DNA of 64,000 nucleotides from an uncultured Candidatus Bathyarchaeia archaeon (GTDB lineage: Archaea; Thermoproteota; Bathyarchaeia; 40CM-2-53-6). The notes under the pieces were generated by a model. That model did not search any database. It saw only the letters and a list, made by a program, of their open reading frames with translations, and was not told where the DNA came from. The translations under genes were made by a program, and so were the position numbers. The stretch covers positions 26,656 to 90,655 of the forward strand of contig CAZHKA010000042.1 in the NCBI GenBank assembly GCA_964533505.1. The letters are read 5' to 3'. Shown here one piece after another: positions 55,366 to 63,678 of this stretch. The stretch's first letter is position 1, and each line of letters starts with the position of its first letter.

Positions 55366-56001
55366 ATGGATTTGTTGAGTTTCATTGTTACGACTGTCCT
55401 CGTAACAGCTTCTGGCGCGCTTGCTCCTGGACCACTATTCTTTGGGCTGCTCGTGCGTGGTTCTAAGGAGGGAGCCCGCGCGGGTTTTTCGGCTGCTATA
55501 GGCCATACTATGGTAGAGTTCCCCTTAGTCCTGGCTCTGGCAGCAGGCCTGCTGACTGCTGCTAGCCAACCAGTAATCAAAGGCATAATCGGCGTCGTGG
55601 GAGGCGTAGGGTTGATTGTTTTCGGTTTACTGCAGATCTATCAAACGGTCAAGAGCAAACCTGAGGCCACCAAGACGTCAAACGCGAAAAAATTACCTGC
55701 AAGTTCCCTCGTCTTAGGCCTCGCGCTAACCGGCCTCAATCCCTACTTCATCCTCTGGTGGTTAACGATAGGTTCAGTGCTCATAGTCCAAGCCTTAGCC
55801 TTCGCCGCAATCGTTGGCGTACTGATAATGTATCTCTCACATGTGTGGATGGATTACGCATTCCTGACGAGCATCACTCACTTAGGAAAGAAAGGCAAAG
55901 CAATAATTGGTTCACGATACTACAAACTTTTCCTCGTTTCTTTCGGTTTAATTTTAATCTACTACGGAATAACTTTCGCGATAAACGCGGTTGGCCTCTA
56001 A
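55366..56001 (+). CDS. LysE/RhtB-family amino acid exporter
   Basis: 211 aa, 5-6 TM, N-terminus ASGALAPGPLFFGLLVRGSKEGARAG typical of LysE translocators. Confidence 0.7.
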   Translation: MDLLSFIVTTVLVTASGALAPGPLFFGLLVRGSKEGARAGFSAAIGHTMVEFPLVLALAAGLLTAASQPVIKGIIGVVGGVGLIVFGLLQIYQTVKSKPEATKTSNAKKLPASSLVLGLALTGLNPYFILWWLTIGSVLIVQALAFAAIVGVLIMYLSHVWMDYAFLTSITHLGKKGKAIIGSRYYKLFLVSFGLILIYYGITFAINAVGL

Positions 56002-56118
56002 AGGCCTTCTCGGCTCGCTTCATTGTTGAGGGCCGCGGACAAACCACTCTGTTTGGTTGCCAATGCGACTCTTCCAGTTCTGTTTTTTTGCCTAAATTAG
56101 AAACAGGGGCTTCAGCGA

Positions 56119-56400
56119 ATGCTTTTGGCAGAGATTAGCAGTGAAGATAGTAGGATGGGGGTGGATCAGCAGATGGACAAGAGGGATAGGGAAGAAATAG
56201 CGAGAATCGTAAATCAACAGATAAGGAAAGCTCTTCTGCAGGGCGGTTTGATCAGCAACAAAATGGACGAAATCCACGCAGTCATTTGGAAAGATGTGCA
56301 GCCAGTCAAAGCCGACATAAAGAAACTGAGAGAAGACTTGGACAAGCACTTCGAGCGACACCTACGAGCTTTGGAAAGACGAAAACGAGCGAAAGCATAA
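56119..56400 (+). CDS. hypothetical charged coiled-coil protein
   Basis: 93-aa ORF with no recognisable motif. Confidence 0.3.
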   Translation: MLLAEISSEDSRMGVDQQMDKRDREEIARIVNQQIRKALLQGGLISNKMDEIHAVIWKDVQPVKADIKKLREDLDKHFERHLRALERRKRAKA

Positions 56401-56445
56401 TGACACTGCAGTCAGCATAGAGCATAGATCAACAAGATGACCGAC

Positions 56446-56525
56446 CAAAAAACAATGGACAAACGCCGGACCAATTGAAAATAGATCACCGAAGAGAGAA
56501 ATACAACTGGAAGTTTTTGCTTAAG
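56446..56525. repeat. copy 1 of ~80-bp dispersed repeat
   Basis: CAAAAAACAATGGACAAACGCCGGACCAATTGAAAATAGATCACC..GAAGAGAGAAATACAACTGGAAGTTTTTGCTTAA aligns with 57309-57388, by eye roughly three quarters identical. Confidence 0.75.
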
Positions 56526-56712
56526 ACAACTACATATTACAACACAAAGCCCTAGAGTACAGGACACCTGCCTCGGTAGCGGGAATAGAAGTTCTAGGAG
56601 AAGACCATAATCCAAACCGCAAGCCGTGTTCCTAAAAGTAAGAGCCAAACGGAAAAAAGGGATGCCGCATGAACATAACAGAGTCCAACGTTCATTCAAC
56701 GAAGGTAGCAAA

Positions 56713-56982
56713 ATGACTAGGGTTCACTCATCAGCATCTGCGATGGTATGGGAGGGGCTGTTCCTTCTTGTTTTCATCATTAGCATCGTTGGTATCGGTG
56801 CTTTGACGGATTACCATGTGAGGTACCCATCACCCGATTTCTACGCGATCAGTGGTGGATCGGGTGAGCTTTGGCTAACCTTGATTGCAATACTGGGCTT
56901 GGGAGGATTTATCATAGTCTTCTATGACGAGCAGATGAACAAGAAGGAACGGCTTCGTGAACAAAGAGAGAACCCGCCATGA
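56713..56982 (+). CDS. small two-TM membrane protein (hypothetical)
   Basis: The ATG at 56713 gives 89 aa with two hydrophobic helices and a charged tail. Confidence 0.4.
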   Translation: MTRVHSSASAMVWEGLFLLVFIISIVGIGALTDYHVRYPSPDFYAISGGSGELWLTLIAILGLGGFIIVFYDEQMNKKERLREQRENPP

Positions 56983-57116
56983 CTTCAAACCTTGAATTTG
57001 CCATGTCTCCTCGTCCTTGCTACACCATGTCCCGAAATTTGACAGATTGAGGTTCTAGGCGAGGATAAGTGGCGTACTATAATCGAGAATGCGACGAGAA
57101 ATAGGATGAAACATGA

Positions 57117-57341
57117 ATGAAGAGTATTTGGGAACAGAGAGACAGAAGATTTTCGAAAATCGTAATCGGCCTCTTTTTCGTAGGGCTTGTGTGTATAATT
57201 GTGAAACTTCTTTTGTTCAGCTCCAGCGACATTGGCCTCAATTACCTTGCAGCTTTCCTTTTTTTCATAGGTCTGGTCATCTGGTTTAACCGCTTGGACG
57301 ATAGCGATTCAAAAACAACGGACGAAGCGCAGGCCAATTGA
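57117..57341 (+). CDS. small two-TM membrane protein (hypothetical)
   Basis: 74 aa with two hydrophobic helices. Its 3' end lies inside repeat copy 2. Confidence 0.4.
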   Translation: MKSIWEQRDRRFSKIVIGLFFVGLVCIIVKLLLFSSSDIGLNYLAAFLFFIGLVIWFNRLDDSDSKTTDEAQAN

Positions 57342-57388
57342 AAATAGTTCATTCCAGAGAGAGATGTAACTCGGGAGCTTTTGCTTAA
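57309..57388. repeat. copy 2 of ~80-bp dispersed repeat
   Basis: See 56446-56525. It covers the last 11 codons and stop of ORF 57117-57341 plus about 45 nt downstream. Confidence 0.75.
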
Positions 57389-57491
57389 CCGGCATCTTTT
57401 GGCAAGACAATTGAAATTGTTAGCAGGATGATGAAGGGGACAGATGGTTAACCTTAATCCAGAATGCTAGTGAGAATTTACACGAAGAAGA

Positions 57492-57617
57492 ATGTCAGGA
57501 GTCTTTGAGTGCGTGAAGTGCGGGATAATCGCGCCCGTAAAGGTTTGTCCGAATTGCAGTATCGGCACTGTTTGGAAGCAGGCAATGGCTACGGGAAGTT
57601 TTGGTATGAAAATGTGA
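57492..57617 (+). CDS. 41-aa zinc-ribbon mini-protein (putative)
   Basis: Own translation: MSGVFECVKCGIIAPVKVCPNCSIGTVWKQAMATGSFGMKM (CxxC-N8-CxxC). Below the ORF-track length cutoff. Confidence 0.3.
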   Translation: MSGVFECVKCGIIAPVKVCPNCSIGTVWKQAMATGSFGMKM

Positions 57618-57623
57618 CTAGCC

Positions 57624-57812
57624 TTGAACTATAAGAAGAATCTATGGTTTGATGCTTTGATTATCATTCTCTCTGTAGCTGCACCTCTCTTAGGGTTGCT
57701 AATCACTCCTACTCTAGCCGCAGTTTTGGGAATAGCAGTTGGTCTATTCAACTGGTTCTTAGCTCCATACGCTAAGCTTCGCGTCCTCCAAATTATGGAG
57801 AGAACACCGTAG
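57624..57812 (+). CDS. small two-TM membrane protein (hypothetical)
   Basis: 62 aa, hydrophobic, TTG start. Confidence 0.3.
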   Translation: MNYKKNLWFDALIIILSVAAPLLGLLITPTLAAVLGIAVGLFNWFLAPYAKLRVLQIMERTP

Positions 57813-57940
57813 CTGTGTCATCAAAGAACAAGCATAACGAAAACGTAACCAAAAAATAACTGACATAGAGCAAGCCAATAGAGAACAGTTCGTTCCGGAG
57901 AGAAAATGAATAACGAAGAAAAGAAGTTGTTTTAGTGCAA

Positions 57941-58393
57941 TTATGGATGCTCTGACTGGGCGGTCCCCTCTCTTGTTCTTGACTTCAAGGTAATCCATCC
58001 CGTAAGCAGCGCAAGAGTCCCGATGACGATTATTGCTAGCAGGGTAAATGCTCTAGGAGACAGACCGACTGCTTCTGAAGCGGAGATATGGCTGGTTAAA
58101 GTTTGCGTGGTTGTATAGGTAGTCAGTGACGCGACGGAAGATGTTATCGTGTACGGAACAGGGGTGAGGGTATAGTTCGTTACGAAAGCAACTAAGATAG
58201 ATGCCTGTGGGAGCGTAACGTTAACCGTTGAACAACAGTAATTGGAAGTAAGCGTTTCAGTGTAGGCGTAATACCAAGACCACTTGGACTCTGTTGTTGT
58301 TTGAAGTACGGTTACGGGCGAGTAACCGAGACTTGTGAGCGCTAAGGCTGCAGCTATGAGAAGCAACGCAGAGATCATAATCCTAGAGTTCAA
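57941..58393 (-). CDS. Thr-rich secreted protein with C-terminal membrane anchor (hypothetical)
   Basis: Signal peptide, Thr/Ser-rich body and a C-terminal TM (FTLLAIIVIGTLALLTGWI). Confidence 0.45.
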   Translation of the reverse strand: MNSRIMISALLLIAAALALTSLGYSPVTVLQTTTESKWSWYYAYTETLTSNYCCSTVNVTLPQASILVAFVTNYTLTPVPYTITSSVASLTTYTTTQTLTSHISASEAVGLSPRAFTLLAIIVIGTLALLTGWITLKSRTREGTAQSEHP

Positions 58394-58506
58394 GGCGTTT
58401 GAGGATCGTTAGATTTGCTCTTAAGACTTGCCAGATTACGCAACTACGTAAGGAAGATTCACCAAACGCTTGCTCTTGAATCAACGCCCAACAGAACTAG
58501 TCCATT

Positions 58507-58782
58507 CTAAAACGCATTTGATTTGATCCGCCTTGCATGTTGAACTGAAGTAACTAAGGCCGCAGTTTTGTATCCAAGTGCCAATGCTTCTGATAACTGT
58601 CCAATGCCGCGAATAATGTCATCATGGCTGCTTTTTATTTCAATGGCAATCCTTTCGCGTTCATTTTCTGCTTCGCCATCAATTACACTGTTCCCTACTC
58701 TGACGCCCTTCATGTTCACCTTGTAGCCTTGCGTTCGGAAATGGCGTTGAATGGCCCATCTAAGCCAGCGTTCGTTTGTCAT
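58507..58782 (-). CDS. small PD-(D/E)xK nuclease-fold-like protein (hypothetical)
   Basis: From the ATG at 58782: ...GYKVNMKGVRVGNSVIDGEAENERERIAIEIKS (D...E.K spacing). Confidence 0.35.
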   Translation of the reverse strand: MTNERWLRWAIQRHFRTQGYKVNMKGVRVGNSVIDGEAENERERIAIEIKSSHDDIIRGIGQLSEALALGYKTAALVTSVQHARRIKSNAF

Positions 58783-58982
58783 CTTACTTTCTCTTGCGGA
58801 ATAGCATGTAGCCTTCGGGGGTTGTAACGACGTGTTGATAACCTGCTTATGTGTGTCTTGCACTAAACTGTTAGGTCGACACCCAAACGCCGACTCCAAA
58901 TTTACGATCCCGCGCCGGTAGGACCGTGCGTACGACGACGGTTGTTCTGGTATTTCGAGGAACGGCTTATACGGATGTATCC

Positions 58983-59001
58983 TATCCCCTCGGTGGGGAT
59001 A
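58983..59001. promoter_or_regulatory. perfect inverted repeat TATCCCC-TCGGT-GGGGATA, candidate CsoR-type operator
   Basis: 7-bp arms with a 5-bp spacer, ending 7 nt before the ATG (59008) of the CsoR-like gene. G/C tracts flanked by AT are typical of CsoR operators. Confidence 0.5.
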
Positions 59002-59007
59002 TCCTCA

Positions 59008-59271
59008 ATGTCATCGAATAAGAGGGCTGAGGTAACAAAGAGGATCGCAAGGATACACGGCCATGTTCACGGGATTCTACAAATGCTGGAGCGGGGCAGA
59101 TCCTATTCCGAAATAGTTCAGCAGATCTCGGCGGTGAAGGCTGGGCTGGACAGTGCGGTGCAGGTAATTGTTGAAGATTTAGTTGAAGATTGCGTTGCGA
59201 AGTCGGGTAAATACAAGTCCGTCAATGGGCCTGTTCTCGAACTGAAAGAAGTCATCGCAAGAAGCAGGTAA
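59008..59271 (+). CDS. CsoR/RcnR-family metal-sensing repressor (atypical ligand set)
   Basis: VTKRIARIHGHVHGILQMLE...EIVQQISAVKAGLDSA...VEDLVEDCV is the DUF156 helical-bundle pattern. Only the last Cys of the canonical C-H-C triad is present. Confidence 0.7.
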   Translation: MSSNKRAEVTKRIARIHGHVHGILQMLERGRSYSEIVQQISAVKAGLDSAVQVIVEDLVEDCVAKSGKYKSVNGPVLELKEVIARSR

Positions 59272-59291
59272 GCTACCGAACGTCGATTACT

Positions 59292-61157
59292 ATGAAGGAA
59301 GAAGAACCCCAGACTACCGTCTCGGGTCTCAAGGCAGAAAAGACCGGGGAACTGGCCAGACTTGGGATTATGGGACTAGCTGCGCTCGTCAGCTACTCAG
59401 GAGCCTGGCGGCATTTTCTACCTTTCGACCTCATAGCGATAGCGGCCACCCTGATCGGCGGCTACCCGATCTTCAAGGAAACCATCCTAAGCCTCAGGCG
59501 GAAACACATCAATATGGAAGTGTCGATGACCGTTGCCATCGCAGCTTCCCTCCTCTTAGGCCAGTTTACACCCGCCGTCGTGATAGCGTTCTTTGTCATA
59601 CTGGCCGAGTTCATTGAGGGGTATGCGGTTGACAAAGGCAGGGCTACGGTAGTCCAACTCGAAAAGTCAACTCCGAAGAGAGCGCTCACTAGGAGAAACG
59701 GCACCGAAGCCGAAGTTGACACGCAAGCACTTGTTCCAAACGAAGTAGTGATTGTGAGAGACGGCGAGCGAATACCTGTCGACGGGACGATTGTCAAGGG
59801 ATCAGCGTACGTGAATCAGGCCTCGATAACTGGTGAAGCAGTGGCGACGGAGAAGACCGCCGGCGACAGCGTGTATGCGGGCAGCGTGAATGAATCGGGG
59901 TTGATTGAAGTCCGCACGGAAAGAGTTGGCAGCGAAACGGTGTTCGGCAAGATAATCAAGCTCGTAGAAGAGGCTGAACACAGGAAAGCTCCTATTCAGA
60001 AGATTTCTGACAGGTTGGCTGCGTGGCTGGTTGAATTTGCCATCGGCTTTTCCCTCATCACTTTTCTTCTGACTCGAAATGCAATCTCAGCATTATCGGT
60101 CGTCGTTGTCGCTGGCGCCTGCGGCGTCGCAGCCGGAACCCCCCTTGCCATCGTCGCAACAATGGGGAAAGCGTCGAAAAGAGGCGTTATCGTGAAGGGA
60201 GGCATGTATGTCGAGGAGATGAGCAGGATTGATACCGTCGTCATCGACAAGACTGGCACGCTCACTTTCGGCGAACCCGTCGTCACTGACCTTGTGACCA
60301 TGGATGGGTGCAAGGAGGAGGAACTCCTCTCCTATGCGGCGTTGGCCGAGAAACACTCCACCCACCCTATAGCCCGCTCCATCATGAGGAAGGCGGAAGA
60401 ATTGCACATAGACTCCCCCGAGCATTCGACATTCAGCTACCTGCCAGGCAAAGGAGTCACCGTGAAGTACGACGGGCAGCAGGTGCTCGCAGGCAACGCC
60501 TCGCTAATGTCCGAAAACGGTGTGGAATTGTCTGAGAAGACACGTGCCTCGCTCGCGGATTTTGCTTCACATGGCAGCACAACCGTACTTGTTGCCCACG
60601 GGAAGGAAATCTGCGGAGTGATCTTGGTCGAAGACAAGGTAAGAGAGGAGAGCAGGAAAGCAATCGCAGACTTGAAGCGCATGAGTATCAAAACCATAAT
60701 GCTCACAGGAGACAACGAGAGCGCAGCGAAAACCGTAGGAGCGAAAGTTGGTGTGGATGAGGTGTTCGCGCAATTACTGCCGGCAGATAAGGTTAGGAAA
60801 ATAGAGGAGCTGGTTGCGCACGGCCACAAGATCGCCATGGTGGGCGACGGAATAAACGATGCCCCTGCGCTCGCTCATGCCAATGTCGGAATCAGCATGG
60901 GAACAGGCACAGATGTGGCGATCGAGGAGGCGGATATTGTTCTGATGACGAACGACCTGCGAAAGATTGCTGACATCATCCGCATGAGCAAGGGCGCATA
61001 CAGGACGATAATGCAAAACTTCTATGGAACAATCAGCGTTGACGGCCTCGGAGTCATCCTCGCATTCTTAGGCTTCCTGAACCCTTTGCTCGCAGCCTTA
61101 ATCCATGTAGTCTCAGAGTTTGTCTTCATAATGAATTCCGCGAGACTGATCAGGTGA
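59292..61157 (+). CDS. P1B-type heavy-metal-translocating ATPase, no N-terminal metal-binding domain, atypical TM motif
   Basis: DKTGTLT, STHPIA (HP motif), MLTGDN, GDGINDAPALA. Where CPC/CPH/SPC is expected, the sequence reads VVVAGACGVAAGTP. Confidence 0.85.
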   Translation: MKEEEPQTTVSGLKAEKTGELARLGIMGLAALVSYSGAWRHFLPFDLIAIAATLIGGYPIFKETILSLRRKHINMEVSMTVAIAASLLLGQFTPAVVIAFFVILAEFIEGYAVDKGRATVVQLEKSTPKRALTRRNGTEAEVDTQALVPNEVVIVRDGERIPVDGTIVKGSAYVNQASITGEAVATEKTAGDSVYAGSVNESGLIEVRTERVGSETVFGKIIKLVEEAEHRKAPIQKISDRLAAWLVEFAIGFSLITFLLTRNAISALSVVVVAGACGVAAGTPLAIVATMGKASKRGVIVKGGMYVEEMSRIDTVVIDKTGTLTFGEPVVTDLVTMDGCKEEELLSYAALAEKHSTHPIARSIMRKAEELHIDSPEHSTFSYLPGKGVTVKYDGQQVLAGNASLMSENGVELSEKTRASLADFASHGSTTVLVAHGKEICGVILVEDKVREESRKAIADLKRMSIKTIMLTGDNESAAKTVGAKVGVDEVFAQLLPADKVRKIEELVAHGHKIAMVGDGINDAPALAHANVGISMGTGTDVAIEEADIVLMTNDLRKIADIIRMSKGAYRTIMQNFYGTISVDGLGVILAFLGFLNPLLAALIHVVSEFVFIMNSARLIR

Positions 61158-61281
61158 GCGAGAATTGATTGGCAGAGAGCCTAGGGCCAACCTGTCGGTG
61201 AGCTCTATGCTTGTTTTCCTCTAACACAGCAGCATGAAAATATCGTGATGCGATGAGAAAGGGGTAACTTGGCGGGCGAGC

Positions 61282-61800
61282 TCAAAGCATAGCATGAGCA
61301 TTGCGCTTAAGTGCGTCTTCGATTCCGTTCTTTACCTCGAACGCTTTCACCGTAGGCGCCGGCGGTTTGATGGTGATCCTGTTAGTGACTCCCGAAATCC
61401 CTAGCATGTGACGTACGGCATCCTCCGCATACACTTTTTGGTACCACCAGTCCACATCGCGACTCAGAGTGATCCAACCGTTCTGCACCATCACCTCGAC
61501 GCGGTCACGCGGTACCCAAACATTCCAGTTGAGAACGTTTGTCGCCGACTGTGCAGTATCTTCGTCGCTGCGCTTGTAAGGGTCAGGCAGTTTGACCTTG
61601 ATCTCTTCAGCCACTGTCTTGACGCCGTAAACCCGCTTGGCAGCGCGCTCGGCAGCCCACCTCTTGGCGTAACTGTCAACGTCGCCGCTTAGCGTCACCA
61701 CTCCATCCTTGACAGCAACACCAATCTCCGCCGCACGAATGGTCGGCTCCCACTTGAGCTCAGTCATAACATCTCGTTGCAATTCTGAATCCGTCTTCAC
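61282..61800 (-). CDS. BON-domain protein (OsmY-like, two BON domains)
   Basis: KTDSELQRDVMTELKWEP..IGVAVKDGVVTLSGDVDSY..K.AAERAAKRVYGVKTV and a second GWITLSRDVDWW...VRHMLGISGVTNRITI. The GTG at 61800 is preferred over the ORF start at 61908. Confidence 0.7.
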   Translation of the reverse strand: MKTDSELQRDVMTELKWEPTIRAAEIGVAVKDGVVTLSGDVDSYAKRWAAERAAKRVYGVKTVAEEIKVKLPDPYKRSDEDTAQSATNVLNWNVWVPRDRVEVMVQNGWITLSRDVDWWYQKVYAEDAVRHMLGISGVTNRITIKPPAPTVKAFEVKNGIEDALKRNAHAML

Positions 61801-61920
61801 AACAATCCACCTCTCACATCGCGCTCTATATGTAATACTGGTCTCGCTCAATTCGTTTTCGGGAACAGGTTTTCGTGTGTGTATCTCCTGGTGCGCGCAC
61901 ACACACACTGAACGTGACTC

Positions 61921-62892
61921 CTATTTGATCAGGCCACACTGTTTCCTGAACTTCTCCACAAGTTCCAGGTATCGGGGATCGGCCCTTGCCTTGGCGAAGA
62001 GGGGCGAGTACATCACCGTTGAGGCAGTTATTGCATGTGCTTCGAGTGCCTTGTTCATGTACTCGAAGTAGGCGTCGAGGTCTCCGAGGGCATGGTAGAC
62101 GTACGCGATGAAGTTGAAGCCTACCGGACCCATCTTGGCGTCCTCGATCTTCCTGACTGCGAGGAGCGCCTTCTCCCTGTCGCCCTCCATGGCCGCGATG
62201 ACCCCGCCCATCCAGGTGACCCGAGGAGTGGTGGGATCGAGCTTCTCCAACTTCGCAAGCAACTCCTTAGCCTTCTCAAGGTCCCCCTTGGCTATGTAGT
62301 ACTCCGTCATACCCCTGTACGCGAACGCCGGGGCCAGCTGCCCAGTCTTCTTCCAGAACTCCAGCGCATCCTGCTCCCTCCCCGTATTGAGGTATGCCAA
62401 GCCGACCCGGTTGATGAAGTCGGGTCTGATGGGGTCCAAGCGGTAAGCTGCCTCGATCTGCCTCACCATCTCTTCTGACTCACCCTTGGCTGCCGCCAGC
62501 TCGGACAGGTTCCAGTAGGGGTCTGGGAGGTTAGGGTTGAGTTCCAGCGCCCTTCTAGCCTCCGCTTCAGAACCGACCACATCGTCCTCGCTGAAGAGCA
62601 GGTTCGAGAGCATCGAGTGGACCTCCGGGGAGTTCGGGTCGAGGTTGAGGGCGCGCTCGAGTAGTCGCCTCACAGTCGTGACGGAGACGTCACTGGGCTC
62701 GCTTCCTTTGTCGCCAAGGAATTGGTGGCATTCTGCCTGGCCCACGTAGGCTCTCGCGAATCCGGCGTCCAGCTCCATGGCCTTCTCGAAGAGAGCTATG
62801 GCCTGCTTAAGTGACGCCTCGGTCTGCTCTCTCAACAGTTCCCTTCCCTGCAGGAAGTAGGTGTACGCCTCCGTGTTCTCAGTAGCCTCCAC
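61921..62892 (-). CDS. tetratricopeptide-repeat protein
   Basis: Repeated 34-aa A..Y...G/A...L..A...F..AL.LDP patterns. G+C is higher than the surroundings. GTG start. Confidence 0.75.
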   Translation of the reverse strand: MEATENTEAYTYFLQGRELLREQTEASLKQAIALFEKAMELDAGFARAYVGQAECHQFLGDKGSEPSDVSVTTVRRLLERALNLDPNSPEVHSMLSNLLFSEDDVVGSEAEARRALELNPNLPDPYWNLSELAAAKGESEEMVRQIEAAYRLDPIRPDFINRVGLAYLNTGREQDALEFWKKTGQLAPAFAYRGMTEYYIAKGDLEKAKELLAKLEKLDPTTPRVTWMGGVIAAMEGDREKALLAVRKIEDAKMGPVGFNFIAYVYHALGDLDAYFEYMNKALEAHAITASTVMYSPLFAKARADPRYLELVEKFRKQCGLIK

Positions 62893-62997
62893 AATCTCAA
62901 GCGGATAAGACGAAACGAAGAAAGAGAAGAAAAACGACTACAGCTCACAATTAAAGCGAAGGGTTGCGTCTGTTTCGAAGTACATGTGGAGGTTTGC

Positions 62998-63219
62998 TTA
63001 GCTTACCCTGCGTCTCCCCTTTGTTGCTGTCGCTCGCCATTTTCTCTCATCACTCTTGCTCCTCGAGCCGTCTCCTCGCGAGAGGGTGAATGAATCACGG
63101 CATTGATCTGAGCAGAAGACATATCCCTTGAATTCGATAAGGCTCTCGACTCTCTTACCGCAGTTCGAACAATACTTCCTATGGGCTTCATTGGCTGTCT
63201 CGCTCACCGTTTTCCACAC
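62998..63219 (-). CDS. TRASH/zinc-ribbon-like small protein
   Basis: CSNCGKRV...GYVFCSDQCRDSF (CxxC...CxxxC) followed by a basic tail. Confidence 0.45.
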   Translation of the reverse strand: MWKTVSETANEAHRKYCSNCGKRVESLIEFKGYVFCSDQCRDSFTLSRGDGSRSKSDERKWRATATKGRRRVS

Positions 63220-63275
63220 TCATTCTCATTGCTACTCGTCATACTATTAGTCTCAAGAGATAGAAGCTTTCGGAA

Positions 63276-63494
63276 TCACTCCTCTGCGCCCTGTCTTTCC
63301 GCACTGTAGAATTCCAAGTAACGGCAGTTCATACAAACGAAGACCTCTACTGCGAGACTAGCATTGACGTCAACGCCACGATCATGTCGCAGCCTTGGTA
63401 TCGCGTGAAAGGGTTTTGTCTCACTCATGGGGTCATTGCACTTGGGGCAGATTTTGGCCTTGACTTTCGAATCTTTTCCGCTCAAACTCGCCAC
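63276..63494 (-). CDS. zinc-ribbon small protein (hypothetical)
   Basis: CPKC...CMNC pairs in 72 aa. Confidence 0.35.
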   Translation of the reverse strand: MASLSGKDSKVKAKICPKCNDPMSETKPFHAIPRLRHDRGVDVNASLAVEVFVCMNCRYLEFYSAERQGAEE

Positions 63495-63637
63495 ATGAAT
63501 CTCACATGTTTCATTTAGTAATGAAGATGATTCTTACGGCTAGCCAAGTACGATTCCCGGTACGGTCAGGGTCGTGCGAGACGAGTTTGGGCGGATTTTG
63601 TCCGGTTTGTTGGTTCGTGGAGGTCAACGGAAGACTC

Positions 63638-63661
63638 TTTATATGAGTTACCTTAGGTAAC
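63638..63661 (+). promoter_or_regulatory. thermosome promoter: TATA-like TTTATAT plus inverted repeat GTTACC-TTA-GGTAAC
   Basis: TATA-like box at 63638-63644, about 41 nt before the ATG. A perfect 6-bp inverted repeat at 63647-63661 lies between the box and the expected transcription start. Confidence 0.45.
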
Positions 63662-63678
63662 AGGTTTAATGATCGAAC

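Noticed and set aside
56412-56711. 99-aa minus-strand Cys/Leu-rich ORF.
   Set aside because: It overlaps repeat copy 1 and the promoter region of the plus-strand small gene. The repeat aligns in the plus-strand coding sense with the 3' end of ORF 57117-57341.
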